From Isurus oxyrinchus (taxonomy: Eukaryota): DNA of 64,000 nt. Under the pieces are notes generated by a model. That model was not told the DNA's origin. It ran no database searches and worked only from the letters and a program-made list of their open reading frames with translations. A program made the translations under genes and the position numbers. This document shows positions 13,436 to 25,397 of the stretch, piece by piece. Position 1 is the first letter of the stretch. Each line of letters opens with the position of its first letter. The DNA lies in the NCBI GenBank assembly GCA_026770705.1, contig JANJGN010000038.1:186001-250000 (forward strand), written 5' to 3'.

Positions 13436-13485
13436 ATTCCTAATGGACTTGGGCTCCATCGCCTAAACCAATCGACCACGACAAC
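13436..13485 (-). pseudogene. tRNA-Ser remnant
   Basis: rc GTTGTCGTGGTCGATTGGTTTAGGCGATGGA..TCCATT. Confidence 0.55.
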
Positions 13486-14166
13486 TGGCTATGTGCACTG
13501 GTTAATGTCAATGGTATAAAATCCTAAATATCTACAGCAGAGGAGAATGTCATTCAGCCCATCGTGTCCATGCTGGCTGATGGCAAAAGGAATTCAACTA
13601 ATTTGATAACCCCGCATTTTCTCTACTGCAATTCAAATTGATATTGTCTCTCCTCCCTCTTCCTGTTAAAATGATGCATGACAGGCATCTATTTTGACAG
13701 TGAGCTGGCACCTTTTGCCTCATTCGCGTTTGTAGTTGCATGTTAAGTGAATGTAATATCTCTCAGTCACATTACATTTCCTATTCACCATTTCACAGGA
13801 TAAACCCTCAGCAAAGTGAGAAAATCCTTCAGCTGGCAGCGGGTGATTGGAGAGTGGGGGGCCGGAATATTGCTACTTTTCTGCTTTTCCCTGTCTCACT
13901 CACTGTGGAGCCGACGAAGGGAGAATCATTGACGGGTTTGTTTGACTCCAATAATTTCACACGTGTCTTATGAGTTAGGTGTAATTACATAGTTGTTTAT
14001 TGTTTTTTATTGTGTTTCAAATGAACATTGAAAACAAAAACATCGGTGTGGGAACACACTGGTTAAGGGTAAAGTTTGCGGGATAATTCCTTGCAGCTCA
14101 AGTAGCCAGTGAGAGCCCGGAACTGTGTGACAATGAAAGCTGATAGGGAGAAAAAAGTGAAATCTT

Positions 14167-14240
14167 CGTCCCTGTGTGCTTTCGAACCACCAACCTTCCA
14201 GTAAATAATCGAACGTGCTAAACGTTTGTGCCACAGACAC
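14167..14240 (-). pseudogene. tRNA-Asn pseudogene
   Basis: Aligns end to end with the intact Asn at 27340 and shares its flanks. Confidence 0.75.
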
Positions 14241-15460
14241 TGACGAAAGGCTGAGCTGCCAGCTTTCCTAACCCAGGGTGTCAGCGAGTTTAAGCTTCAG
14301 TTTGCTGCTACCGGGATGACAATTATTCTCTTCATTTTTACTCTTCCAAAATAGAGGGAGGGATATTCACTGTGGATTCATGGAAACAGGCTGATTCCAC
14401 CCACTGCAGACACATCCATGTCACCGGGAATCAGCTCTCCGACAACAGGTGCCGTCTCCCTTCGAGCCTTTCGGTGTCTTGTCTGTTACCAAGTATTCTG
14501 ATTGTCCTGAAGCCGATGTTAGGTGTGAATTCCTGATGTGCAGTAACGAGAATCATTTCAATCTCTCAGGTCAGATAACTTCACTGATAACATCAGAGTT
14601 AATGTTCCAGCGTCTTAAAGAAGGGAAAGGTGCATTTAATGTCTCTGGTGAGTCGAACAGATCACCCTTCATTGTTCCTCGGATTCTGGTTCCCAAAGAG
14701 TTTCTAAAGATTCACAAAGCTGGAGACTGGGCTTTTTGTTTTGGTTCCTTCTCCATTTTCCCACCTGCCAGCTGACAATATTTTCCAAATATTGAGAAGA
14801 CAGCTACGTGGCCCCGAGACCGCAATTAGATCAGCCATGATCTTACTGAATGGCAGAGCAGGGTCAAAGGGCTGAATGGCCTCCTCCTGATCCTCATTCC
14901 TCTCTTTCCTGTGACACAGCCCGGATCAACTCTTGACTTTAGCAAACTGCCTTCGGAAATAATGGTCAGTTAAATGAAATAAAAACCATCCAACTATTTC
15001 CATGTTTCTTATTTCCGTTCATCTGCAAACATTCACTAAATTTTCAGTCTGAAATGGGACAATAATTGGCTAAGTTGGTGGCATCCTTGTTTTCTGGGTG
15101 TTCGTCACTCTTGGTATAAAGGTCTGTGTGTGTCAAAGAGGTTCAGTTCCCCGAGGGGTTGAACACATTTTCACCATCACAAACTTTAGTCATATTAGCT
15201 GTGCAGTTTCATACTAAAATGTTACAGAGAAAAATATCAAGATGAAAGATTGAAGAGAGGTTTGCAATGTTTGGAAGGAGGTGCAGCTAAGAAGTGGAAG
15301 ATGTCAATGATGTTATTGATGACTGAGAGGAATGTATTGCAACCTTGGGGCTTTTGGAGGTCGATCACCATTGAAATTCAGAATAAGCTGAGGCTTGAGG
15401 TCGTAAACAGCAGAGATCTCCATGGATGTTGGGATGTGCAATACTTTGCTCTTCTTACAT

Positions 15461-15533
15461 GCCTGGCGAGTTCAGTCGACAGCGGCTGAGGCTCTTAATG
15501 CCAGGTTATTGGGTTTGCGACCTGTGATCAGTG
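15461..15533 (+). pseudogene. tRNA-Lys(CTT) pseudogene
   Basis: gcctggcgagttcagtcgacag..gaggctcttaatgccaggttattgggttt. Confidence 0.6.
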
Positions 15534-15710
15534 AAATTGCTTTTTTAATCTTTGCTGCTTTCGTGGGTGATCCCCAGGTCTCCATTCCTCCGGCAGTGTC
15601 ACCGCTCAAACTGAATCTTTCTCCATCCTGCTTTGTTAATATCACAGCTGCTGGTTTCTGAGTGAAAACTGCTCTCTGCGTCATTGAAAGTCAGAGTATT
15701 TAATTCTGAA

Positions 15711-15760
15711 CATTTGGTGCTTTCACCGCTGCAGCCTAGGTTTAATTCCCGTGCAGAAAA
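15711..15760 (+). pseudogene. tRNA-Glu(TTC) 3' half
   Basis: atttggtgctttcaccgctgcagcctaggtttaattccc. Confidence 0.55.
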
Positions 15761-16626
15761 ATCCTTTTCCTTTCCATTGTGTGAACTGTCACAATGAACA
15801 GGAATTCCTTATTGAATGAAATTAGATCTGGTAGCGTCTGTGGAGTGAGAAAGATTTAATCTTCCAGCTGGATGAACCTTCATCAGAGCTGGAAAAGTCT
15901 GAGATGTGACAGTTGGAAAACAAATCCAGAGGCGGAAGGAGGGGAGTGAAAGGACAAAAGGGAAGGACTGTGATAAGTTACAAGGCATGAGAGAGAAACT
16001 GACTAAAGGGATGATGGTGCAAAATGTGGGTGGGAATGGGACAGATTTTTCTTCCTGCTGTTCAAACTGGGACGAATATCACTGATCAACCAATCACAAC
16101 TGCTTTTTCAAAGCAGCACGCCGGGCCGAATGGCCTCTTTCTGTGCTGTAACTTTCTATAATTGTTTCATTTCCATCCCCGCTGCTGCTGCCTTCACAGT
16201 CATTCCATCATCTTACAACCCTTTCCAGCAAAATACACACACTTCCCTTGTGTTCAGCTCCTTTAAGATCATGGGACTGAGTAAATTCAGTGGGAAATTT
16301 CCTTCTCATTTAGCACGAGATTTGGAAACAGATCTGGGAAATATTCGTGTCAGTGCAAACAATAAAATCTCCCCTAACACTTCTACTTTTTCCCATGCAC
16401 CCCCATCTCTATGGTCACTGCTTTTCAGCCTATCACAGCACTTCTCTCATGTCCTACCTTCACCTCTGTATTTGTTCGCGACCTGTTACACGGGTGACAT
16501 TTCCGGCTCTGATGCAAAACTCCAGCTCTCACTCCACTGATTCAGGCGGAGCTGATAAGTGTTTTCAGTTTTCAGTCAGGAAGTAATGCACATTTATTAT
16601 CATGCACATTCGCATGACATTTATAA

Positions 16627-16657
16627 GCACCGAATCCTAACGACTGGACTCCCAGGC
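16627..16657 (-). pseudogene. tRNA-Glu 5' remnant
   Basis: gcaccgaatcctaacgactggactcccagg with the Glu-cassette upstream flank. Confidence 0.45.
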
Positions 16658-17098
16658 TTGCAACTTCACAGCCCGGCTTATCCATGCGACTTGTGCATTT
16701 TATTTTCATTTCACATCTTTCACCAGAGGCACTTTTCTCCCACAAAATGACGCGTTTATGTAGAACACAGACGACTTCTTCAGCCAATGACAACAGCGAT
16801 TGCTGTTAGCTGGAGCAGCATTCATTGTCTCACAGTCCCGCGTTGTCATTGGGTCCTTAAGTCACAAAAAAGGGCAGAAATCGCCAACTCTCCTGTTACC
16901 AGGCGAGTTCCAAGAGATATGTTTTTATTGAATATTCTCCACTCACTCGCTGCCAGTTGAAGGATATCCTCACTATGCTGAGTGAAAAAACGAAGAGTAA
17001 GTGCAATACAGATGTGAGATTCTGCATTCAGCTAATATTCAACAACAAGCAGGAGCGAAGCAACTTTCCCTCTCCCATAATTGAACAAGTTTCAATAA

Positions 17099-17171
17099 TG
17101 TTTCTGCCCGGTTTTAAACCGGGGACCTTTCGTGTGTAAGGTGAATGTGATAACCACTACACTACAGAAAC
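17099..17171 (-). pseudogene. tRNA-Val pseudogene (TAC anticodon in an AAC/CAC-type body)
   Basis: rc GTTTCTGTAGTGTAGTGGTTATCACATTCACCTTACACACGAAAGGTCCCCGGTTTAAAACCGGGCAGAAACA; B-box damaged. Confidence 0.85.
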
Positions 17172-17837
17172 TTCACACACCATGAGTCAAGTGCACCTGA
17201 CTACAATGCAGTTCTGCAGCAGCACTTTGGGTCCATGTTTTGAAGAAATGGAATTCTGCTGTTCTCATCAGGAATGCTGGAGACAGACTGATCAACAATG
17301 TCATCATCAAATGGCACAGCGTGTCGGAGAGTCATTAGATCATGGCAGCTTATTCTTTAAAGAGCCATCAATTAGTCCCAATATTGTTCTCTCTTTCCAT
17401 AAGCCTCAATTTCTCTATTTCAAGTAACTGTCTAATTCACTTTTGAAGAAGGAGTTTCTGCAGAATCCATGCAGTTTCCCTGACCCAGTGACTTGGAGAT
17501 TTGGACTTGGGTTCCTTCCAGTCCCTCGAGGAGTTGATCCTAATTCCAGCGCTGCCGCAGTTTGAGTCACATTCCCACTTTTGGGCACTTTAGGAATTCC
17601 CTTTCGGAGAACAAGAGGGGACTCGAGTTTAATACAGGACGGGTTGTGGTCCTTTATTTTGTTTGGAAAAGCACGGAGAGGCAATACAAATATAAATTGT
17701 TGTGGGGGTAAAGTGTGGGTGTGTGGAATCGGTAGAGCTGCTCTTCCAGAGAGCCAGCACAGACACGATGGGCCGATTGAGTTATTTTGCAGCCATGTCT
17801 GATTTGATAAGAACACATTGGAGCTCGCGAGCAGCTG

Positions 17838-17918
17838 TTAGTCGAGCTGAATGTTTAAGGTGATGGATTTGAAATCCATTGGTGTCTCCCTCTGTGGGAT
17901 TGAATCCTGCTGACTACA
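17838..17918 (+). pseudogene. tRNA-Ser(TGA) pseudogene
   Basis: ttaaggtgatggatttgaaatccattggtgtctccc..gaatcctgctgactaca. Confidence 0.75.
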
Positions 17919-18177
17919 GTTCCCATTATTCCTCATTTTAACCAGGTGCCGCCAACTTCATCCCTGCAGCTCCTGTGAAACTGACAAGGTGACACACGTC
18001 AGAAATTCATCTCTGAAAGTAACTGACACATATCAAATTCTGCTGCTTTCATGTCGCATCTTTTAACTTTCTGTTCTCCGTCACAGACATTTCCACGTCT
18101 ATCAAATGTCTGGGACTTAACATCTACCTCAGTCTATTGAATATGGTCGACTTTCCCGTGCAGTCCTGTTAGCTAGT

Positions 18178-18250
18178 GACTCCATAGCTCAGTGTTTGGA
18201 TCACTGCCCTTGTAAACCAGGGTTTGTGAGTTTAACCTTCACTAGAGCCC
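18178..18250 (+). pseudogene. tRNA-Thr(TGT) pseudogene
   Basis: gactccatagctcagtg..cactgcccttgtaaaccaggg..gagttt. Confidence 0.7.
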
Positions 18251-18321
18251 ATCATTAACCTTTAGCTGAGAATAAGAAGTTATGTGGAAAGCTGAAAAAC
18301 CGCAGAACAATATATAAGAAG

Positions 18322-19652
18322 AAAAAGCAAAGTACTGTGGTGAAGCATTTTGGCTTTTAAGTTAAAGTACTGTGGATGCTGGAAATCTGAAGTACAAAAT
18401 CAGCATCTGACAGCAACTGTGGAGAGAGAAACAGAGTCAGCGAGTCGAGTCCGTGTGATCTTCTTCAGAGCTAAAGAGAAGCAGAATTGTTCACTGTTTT
18501 TATACTGTTTACGAGCGGGTGGGGTGGAGCAGGTGGGGAAGTCAGGAGGAATTGACAAAGATATTATGGGCAAAACACAAAGGGAGTGCTAATGGTAGCG
18601 GTAAAGGCTAAAAATGGTGCTGATAGTTGCAAAAAGGTATGGAAGCAGAATGTATGAAAAGCAGAACAAGGATCAGCACTCTGTGAAAGAACAACATAGA
18701 GCAATGAAAGATGGCCCTTTAGTGGCCTCTCTCCTCACCTTTCAAGGGCCCAAACACTCCTTTCAGGTGAAGCAGCGATTCATTTGAACCACCAATTTGA
18801 TCCATTGCATTCACTGCTCCCAATGCGGTCTCCCCTACATTGGAGAGACCAAACGCAGACTGGGTGACCACTTTGTGTAACATCTTCAGTCTGTCAGCAA
18901 GCAGGACCCAGACCTCCCTGTCATTTGCCATTTCAAAACTCCACCCTGCTCTCATGCCCATATGTCTATCATTGGCTTGCTGCATTGTTCCAGTGAAGCT
19001 CAACGCAAAATGGAGGAACAACACCTCATCTTCCGATTAGGCACTTTACAGCCTTCCGCACTTAACATTGAGTTCAATAGCTTCAGATCATGAACTCTCT
19101 CCTCCATTTTCACCCTTTTCAAAATCTCTTTATAAAAAAGTATTTTAGTAACATATTTTTCATTCATTTATTCATTATTTCACCCCTTTTATTATCCCCT
19201 TTTCTATCGTTTTTCCCAAACTATCTCCCCCACCCATATTCCACCCCCAAATGGGCCATCTGTTACTAGTTCCATGTTGTTTTTTCACAGAGCGCTGACC
19301 CTTGTTCTGCTATTCACACATCCTGCTTTCTTACCTTTATGTCACTATCAGCACCTTCTTCAGCCCTTACCACTACCATTAACATTTCCTTTGTCTTGTG
19401 TCCAGCGCATCTTTGTCAGTCCCTCCTTCACCCCCACGTATCGCTGACCTTCTATCTAGAATCACGTGCTCTACCGGTCTCGCCCCGCCCCCTCCCCACC
19501 TCACTTACACAGTATAAATTCCACCACTTTCTACTTCCCTTCATCTCTGAAGAAGAGTCATACGGACTCGAAACGTGAACAGTGTTTCCCTCACCACCAA
19601 GTCTGTGAGAAAGCTCAAAACTGTTGAGTTGTCCAGGAATTTCTGTTTTTAT
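18322..19652. mobile_element. Old Penelope-like element: inverted 3' arm (18322-18725) plus decayed GIY-YIG and 3' UTR (18725-19652, +)
   Basis: YIGET-type endonuclease remnant at ~18830-18850. 18370-18720 is the reverse complement of 19250-19650. Flanked by aatata(t/c)aagaag at 18309-18321 and 19653-19665. Confidence 0.85.
19543..19582 (+). ncRNA. Minimal hammerhead-like motif in the old Penelope copy
   Basis: CTGAAGA-A-GAGTC-atacg-GACTC-GAAAC-GT. Confidence 0.6.
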
Positions 19653-19843
19653 AATATACAAGAAGTGATTGGACAACAAGATGTAAGACGGAGAAAAATG
19701 TAACAAAGACTGAAGTAAGTCAGTCAGTCGTAGTAATTTTTCAAATGAAACAAAGCAGAACACGTTTGAAAAGGTGAGAAAGCTGTGCTGATGTTCAAAG
19801 AGACTCAGCTGCACTTGTGCAAAGAATGCCAAAAGTTGCATCA

Positions 19844-19906
19844 GTCCCTACAGCACTACTGATCAGCGTGTTCGACTAACTGAAGGTTTGGTGGTTCTCA
19901 GGGACG
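19844..19906 (+). pseudogene. tRNA-Asn pseudogene with deletions
   Basis: cagcgtgttcgactaactgaaggtttggtggttc..cagggacg. Confidence 0.6.
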
Positions 19907-21308
19907 AAGCTTCCAATGTTTTTTCCTTCCATCAGCATTCATTGTCGCAAAGATTTGGGTTGTCAACGGCAGCAAGAAATTTTTCCACAAATAATTCCAG
20001 TTCTACTGCTCTGCAGTGAGTTTTGAACCAGAGAATCTTCCCGATGTATAGCATATGTGATAACCAGAGATAAAAACAAAGAAAACTGCGGATGCTGGAA
20101 ATCCAAAACAAAAACAGAATTACCTGGAAAAACTCAGCAGGTCTGGCAGCATCGGCGGAGAAGAAAAGAGTTGACGTTTCGAGTCCTCATGACCCTTCGA
20201 CAGAACTTGATTTCGAGTCCAAGAAAGAGTTGAAATATAAGCTGGTTTAAGGTGTGTGTGTGCGGGGCGGAGAGATAGGGAGAGAGAGAGAGGTGGTTGT
20301 GTGGACAAACAAGCAGTGATAGAAGCAGATCATCAAAAGATGTCAGTGACAATGGTACAAAAGAACACATAGGTGTTAAAGTTAAAGTTGGTGACATTAT
20401 CTAAACGAATGTGCTAATTAAGAATGGATGGTAGGGCACTCAAGGTACAGCTCTAGTGGGAGTGGGGGGAGCATAAAAGATTTTAAAATATTTAAAAATA
20501 ATGGAAATAGGTGGGAAAAGAAAAATCTATAAAATTTATAGGGAAAAAAAAGGGGAAAAAAGGGGGGGAAACAGAAAGGGGGTGGGGATGGAGGAGGGAG
20601 CTCACGACCTAAAGTTATTGAATTCAATATTCAGACCGGAAGGCTGTAAGGTGCCTAGTCAGAAGATGAGGTGTTGTTCCTCCAGTTTGCGTTGGGCTTC
20701 ACTGGAACAATGCAGCAAGCCAAGGACAGACATGTGGGCAAGACAGCAGGGTGGAGTGTTAAAATGGCAAGCGACAGGGAGGTTTGGGTCATTCTTGCGG
20801 ACAGACCACAGGTGTTCTGCAAAGCGGTCGCCCAGTTTACGTTTGGTCTCTCCAATGTAGAGGAGACCACATTGGGAGCAACGAATGCAGTAGACTAAGT
20901 TGGGGGAAATGCAAGTGAAATGCTGCTTCACTTGAAAGGAGTGTTTGGGCCCTTGGACAGTGAGGAGAGAGGAAGTGAAGGGGCAGGTGTTACATCTTTT
21001 GCGTGGGCATGGGGTGGTGCCATAGGAGGGGGTTGAGGAGTAGGGGGTGATGGAGGAGTGGACCAGGGTGTCCCGGAGGGATCGATCCCTACAGAATGCC
21101 GATAAGGGGGGTGAAGGAAAGATGTGTTTGGTGGTGGCATCATGCTGGAGTTGGCGGAAATGGCGGAGGATGATCCTTTGAATGCGGAGGCTGGTGGGGT
21201 GATAAGTGAGGACAAGGGGGACCCTATCATGTTTCTGGGAGGGAGGAGAAGGCGTGAGGGCGGATGCGCGGGAGATGGGCCGGACACGGTTGAGGGCCCT
21301 GTCAACGA

Positions 21309-21953
21309 CCTCCCTCCCAGAAACATGATAGGGTCCCCCTTGTCCTCACTTATCACCCCACCAGCCTCCGCATTCAAAGGATCATCCTCCGCCATTTCCG
21401 CCAACTCCAGCATGATGCCACCACCAAACACATCTTTCCTTCACCTCCCTTATCGGCATTCCGTAGGGATCGCTCCCTCCGGGACACCCTGGTCCACTCC
21501 TCCATCACCCCCTACTCCTCAACCCCCTCCTATGGCACCACCCCATGCCCACGCAAAAGATGTAACACCTGCCCCTTCACTTCCTCTCTCCTCACCGTCC
21601 AAGGGCCCAAACACTCCTTTCAAGTGAAGCAGCATTTCACTTGCATTTCCCCCAACTTAGTCTACTGCATTCGTTGCTCCCAATGTGGTCTCCTCTACAT
21701 TGGAGAGACCAAACGTAAACTGGGCGACCGCTTTGCAGAACACCTGCGGTCTGTCCGCAAGAATGACCCAAACCTCCCTGTCGCTTGCCATTTTAACACT
21801 CCACCCTGCTGTCTTGCCCACATGTCTGTCCTTGGCTTACTGCATTGTTCCAGTGAAGCCCAACGCAAACTGGAGGAACAACACCTCATCTTCCGACTAG
21901 GCACCTTACAGCCTTCCGGTCTGAATATTGAATTCAATAACTTTAGGTCGTGA
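21309..21953 (+). CDS. Penelope-like C-terminal linker plus GIY-YIG endonuclease (5'-truncated, no RT)
   Basis: Open frame: VPLVLTYHP..AFRRDRSLRDTLV..CPRKRCNTC..NLVYCIRCSQCGLLYIGETKRKLGDRFAEH..VACHFN..LGTLQPSGLN. The mirror copy has a CGA>TGA stop at 20659. Confidence 0.85.
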   Translation, partial: PPSQKHDRVPLVLTYHPTSLRIQRIILRHFRQLQHDATTKHIFPSPPLSAFRRDRSLRDTLVHSSITPYSSTPSYGTTPCPRKRCNTCPFTSSLLTVQGPKHSFQVKQHFTCISPNLVYCIRCSQCGLLYIGETKRKLGDRFAEHLRSVRKNDPNLPVACHFNTPPCCLAHMSVLGLLHCSSEAQRKLEEQHLIFRLGTLQPSGLNIEFNNFRS

Positions 21954-22346
21954 GCTCCCTCCCCCATCCCCACCCCCTTTCTGTTTCCCCCCCTTTTTTC
22001 CCCTTTTTTTTCCCTATAAATTTTATAGATTTTTCTTTTCCCACCTATTTCCATTATTTTTAAATATTTTAAAATCTTTTATGCTCCCCCCACTCCCACT
22101 AGAGCTGTACCTTGAGTGCCCTACCATCCATTCTTAATTAGCACATTCGTTTAGATAATATCACCAACTTTAATTTTAACACCTATGTGTTCTTTTGTAC
22201 CATTGTCACTGACATCTTTTGATGATCTGCTTCTATCACTGCTTGTTTGTCTACACAAGCACCTCTGTCTCTCTCTCTCTCTCCGCCCCCCCACACACAC
22301 ACCTTAAACCAGCTTATATTTCAACTCTTTCTTGGACTCGAAATCA

Positions 22347-22385
22347 AGTTCTATCGAAGGGTCATGAGGACTCGAAACGTCAACT
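22347..22385 (+). ncRNA. Minimal hammerhead-ribozyme-like motif of the Penelope 3' repeat (further copies at 20169-20207 on - and 36168-36206 on +)
   Basis: AGTT-CT(G/A)TCGA-A-GGGTC-atgag-GACTC-GAAAC-GTC-AACT: stem I AGTT/AACT, 5-bp stem II, GAAA, GUC site; the core deviates from CUGANGA. Confidence 0.6.
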
Positions 22386-23029
22386 CTTTTCTTCTCCGCC
22401 GATGCTGCCAGACCTGCTGAGTTTTTCCAGGTAATTCTGTATATGTGATAACCGTTGGACTACAAAAACTACACACAGCTCCTTGCAGAACGACCTAGAA
22501 TATTAAACTGTGCAGTGTTATTGCAGTTCTGAACCTTGTTTTATGGAAGTACAATTCAGCTGAGAAACTGAGTCATGCGGCAGAGAAATTGATCTAACAT
22601 TAGAATCATCAGATGACACAGAACATCAGCAGCTCATTTAACACCTCACACATGCACAAACGGCTTTACAGCAAATCCGGCCCCATCTTTCTCTTTTTTC
22701 CGATCCATGCACTTTTCAGAATATTATTTAAAACCTGGAGAAGTATAAATGTCATATGGTTTTGAGATGATGTATCCAGTTACTATTTAGCAACAAAAAG
22801 GAACGATGCAACCTTTCCTCACACTCAATTCTGTTAATGCTTCTACCCCATTTTGAAAGGGGAAACATTCCGTGTGTGAGAGACCATGATCCCTATTGCC
22901 CTACACAAACCTTGCAATGTGACGGGGAAACTTTCAGTGTGTGAGAGACCGTGATCCCTATTACCCTACACAAGCCCTGCAATGTGAAGAGCCCAATTTA
23001 ACACACAGAAGACAGACAGTCGGGATTAT

Positions 23030-24079
23030 TCAGATTGGAAAGACGTAACTGGTGGAATGCCACAAGGATCAGTCTCAGGGACTCAATTATTTACTATCTA
23101 TGCTAATGACATGGAGGAGAGGACAGAGTGTAATGTATCCAAATTTTCTGACGATATAAAAATAGGTGGGAGGTCAGGTTGTGATGAGGACTTGAAGAAT
23201 CTTTAAGGAGATATAGATAAGTTGAGTCAGTGAGCAACAGTTGGCAGATGGAGTTTAATGTAGGAAAGTTTGAGATCATACACATTGGTAGGAAGAATCA
23301 AAAGGCAGAATATTATTTAAATGAAGTGAGACTCCAAAAAAGTGCAGCACAGAGGGATCTGAGTGTTCCTATGCATGCAACACAAAAACTTGGCATTCAG
23401 GTGCGGCAAGTCATTAAAAAGGCAAAGGGAATTTTGGCCTGTTTTGCTCGTGCTTGGAGTTTAAAAATCGGGAAGTCTTGTTACATCAGTAAAGGGTGTT
23501 GGTGAGGGCGCACCTGGAGTTCTCTGTACAGTTTTGGTCCCCATATTTAAGGAAGAATACATTGGCATTCTGGGCATTCAAAAGAGATGCACTAGGCTGA
23601 TTCCTGGGATGAAGGAGTTGACTAATCAAGAACTGTGAAGCAAGTGAAGACTTTATTCATTAGATTTTAGAATACTGAGGGTTGATCTTATTAAAACGTG
23701 TAAGATTCTGAGGAGGTTGACAGGGTAGACAGAAAAGATGTTTCCACTAATGGGGGTACCTCCAGCGAGGGGACATAGTTACTGAATCGGAGGGCACTCA
23801 TTTAAACCTGAGGTGCAAAGGAATTTCTTCTCCCAGAGGGTAGGGCCTGTTTGGAATTCTCTACCCAAGAGCGGTGTGGAGGGTAGCTCACTGAGAGTAT
23901 TTAAAGGAGAGTAGATAGATTTTTGAAATATCGGGGATTGAGGGCTATGAGGAGCTGGCAAGAAAGATGAGTTGAGGCCTGGGGCAGAGGAACCATGATC
24001 CTATTCAATAGTGGGGTAGGCTAGAGGGGCCGAATGGCCGAATCCTGCTCCTATTTCTAATGTTCTTATGTTCTTATGA
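23030..24079 (+). mobile_element. CR1 LINE (HER1-like), 5'-truncated RT and 3' tail
   Basis: Decayed GxPQGS and WQMEFNVGK motifs; tail ggggccgaatggcc..tcctgctcctat..(gttcttat)n. Confidence 0.85.
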
Positions 24080-24166
24080 AACGTGTCTCTGGTGAAAGAG
24101 GTCTGAAGCAAAAATAAAAGGCACAGGTAGCATAGATAAGGCACGTTGTGAGGCTTGTGAGCAGCT

Positions 24167-24238
24167 TTCTTGGTGGTCTAGTGGTCAGGATTCAGCACTT
24201 TCACTGCTGTGTTTCAGGTTTGATTCCTGGTCCGGGAA
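24167..24238 (+). pseudogene. tRNA-Glu(TTC) pseudogene
   Basis: Aligns with the intact Glu copy; most CpGs converted to TpG/CpA. Confidence 0.8.
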
Positions 24239-24957
24239 TTGAGACTTATTGACTTCGTGCAAACTGTTAAAATGAGTCTGACTTATCAGTGGAGTGAGAG
24301 CTGGAGTTCTGCTTCACAGCTGGAAATGTCACCCGTGCAACAGGTCGAGAACAAATATAGAGGTGAAGATAGGGAATAAGAGAAGGTCTGTGATAGCTTG
24401 CAAAACACTAACCAGAGAGATGTTTGTGCAAGGCAAAATATAGCAGCAATAAGGAAGGCTTTATTGTTTACACCGACACAAATACCTCCCAGATCTGGTT
24501 CCAAATCCGTGAGAAGTGAGAAGAAAGCTTCTCCCTGAATCTTCCACTTTTTAGCTGCACCTCCTTCCAAACATTGCAAACTGCTCCCCCACAACTTCCA
24601 TCCTAATATTTTTCTCAGTGAAATTTGAAACTAATGTGAATGAACTTTGTGATGGTAAGCATATGTTAATCCCTGCGGGGAACTGAACCACATTGACACA
24701 TTCAGAGGGACACACACAGACATATACACCGAGAGTAACAGAGGGCAAGGGACTTTCTCTAAGGAGAGACAAACACCCAGAAATGAAGCCTGACACCAAA
24801 CTGGTTCTGTTTTTGTTCCAATTCTCGCTGCAAATTTTGTGAATGCTTGCAGGCGAATAGACATTAGAGAACGCTAAAGGTTTCAGATGTTTTTTATTCA
24901 ACTTCTACAAACAATTAATTGTGCAGGTACACTGTAAAATTCAGGATTGATAAGAAG

Positions 24958-25039
24958 CGTAATTGACAAGATTCCAGCCGACCTGTGGAGATCCCAATGC
25001 ATTCAAAACACGATGCCTTAAACAATCAGTCACGAATCC
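24958..25039 (-). pseudogene. tRNA-Ser remnant, heavily decayed
   Basis: cccaatgcattcaaaac..gatgccttaaacaatcagtcacga with the Ser-cassette flanks. Confidence 0.5.
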
Positions 25040-25327
25040 AAGCCCCAGATTTGCATGGATGACATTTGTATAAAATCATAGGCGGCTATATCAGACGGTC
25101 AGTCAGCATGTCGTTCACATGTCGTCTGTGCCTGAGCAGCTCAGCGACTGTAATTCCACACACTGCCTTTTTACTACAGCAACTCATATTTATATTGTCT
25201 CTCCTCGTTACTACTCGTTTACTATCAAAGTAAAACACCACACGCTACACTGGATTTAAGATGAGTTGGCATTTGTTGGTTCAAAGTGGACAGCTGCAGA
25301 TCCTAAAAGGCAGATATCTTAAACGTT

Positions 25328-25397
25328 TAACAGCAATGAGATTCGAACCCAAGCTTTCCATTGAAACCAGAGCCTTAATCCAGCACCTTAGACTGCT
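25328..25397 (-). pseudogene. tRNA-Leu(AAG) pseudogene, 5' truncated
   Basis: rc AGCAGTCTAAGGTGCTGGATTAAGGCTC..TGGGTTCGAATCTCATTGCTG. Confidence 0.7.

Larger units (their letters stand above)
20066..22440. mobile_element. Young 5'-truncated Penelope-like retroelement (probably Neptune-type) in head-to-head inverted arrangement
   Basis: Arms ~20115-21246 and 21309-22440 are near-perfect reverse complements. TSD atatgtgataacc at 20053-20065 and 22441-22453. Confidence 0.93.
20005..22469 (-). pseudogene. tRNA-Val pseudogene split by the Penelope palindrome (5' half 22441-22469, 3' half ~20005-20065)
   Basis: Rejoined rc GTTTTTGTAGTCCAACGGTTATCACATATGCTATACATCGGGAAGATTCTCTGGTTCAAAAC; Val-cassette upstream flank at 22510-22620. 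Confidence 0.6.

Noticed and set aside
14449-14775. ORF PFEPF..VTKYSDCPEAD seen in three copies (also 27022-27471 on - and 36395-36727)
   Set aside because: Explained by duplication of the Asn cassette; starts and ends differ between copies and there is no recognisable domain
20501-21627. Antisense and alternate-frame ORFs in the Penelope palindrome
   Set aside because: Shadows of the GIY-YIG frame, duplicated by the inversion
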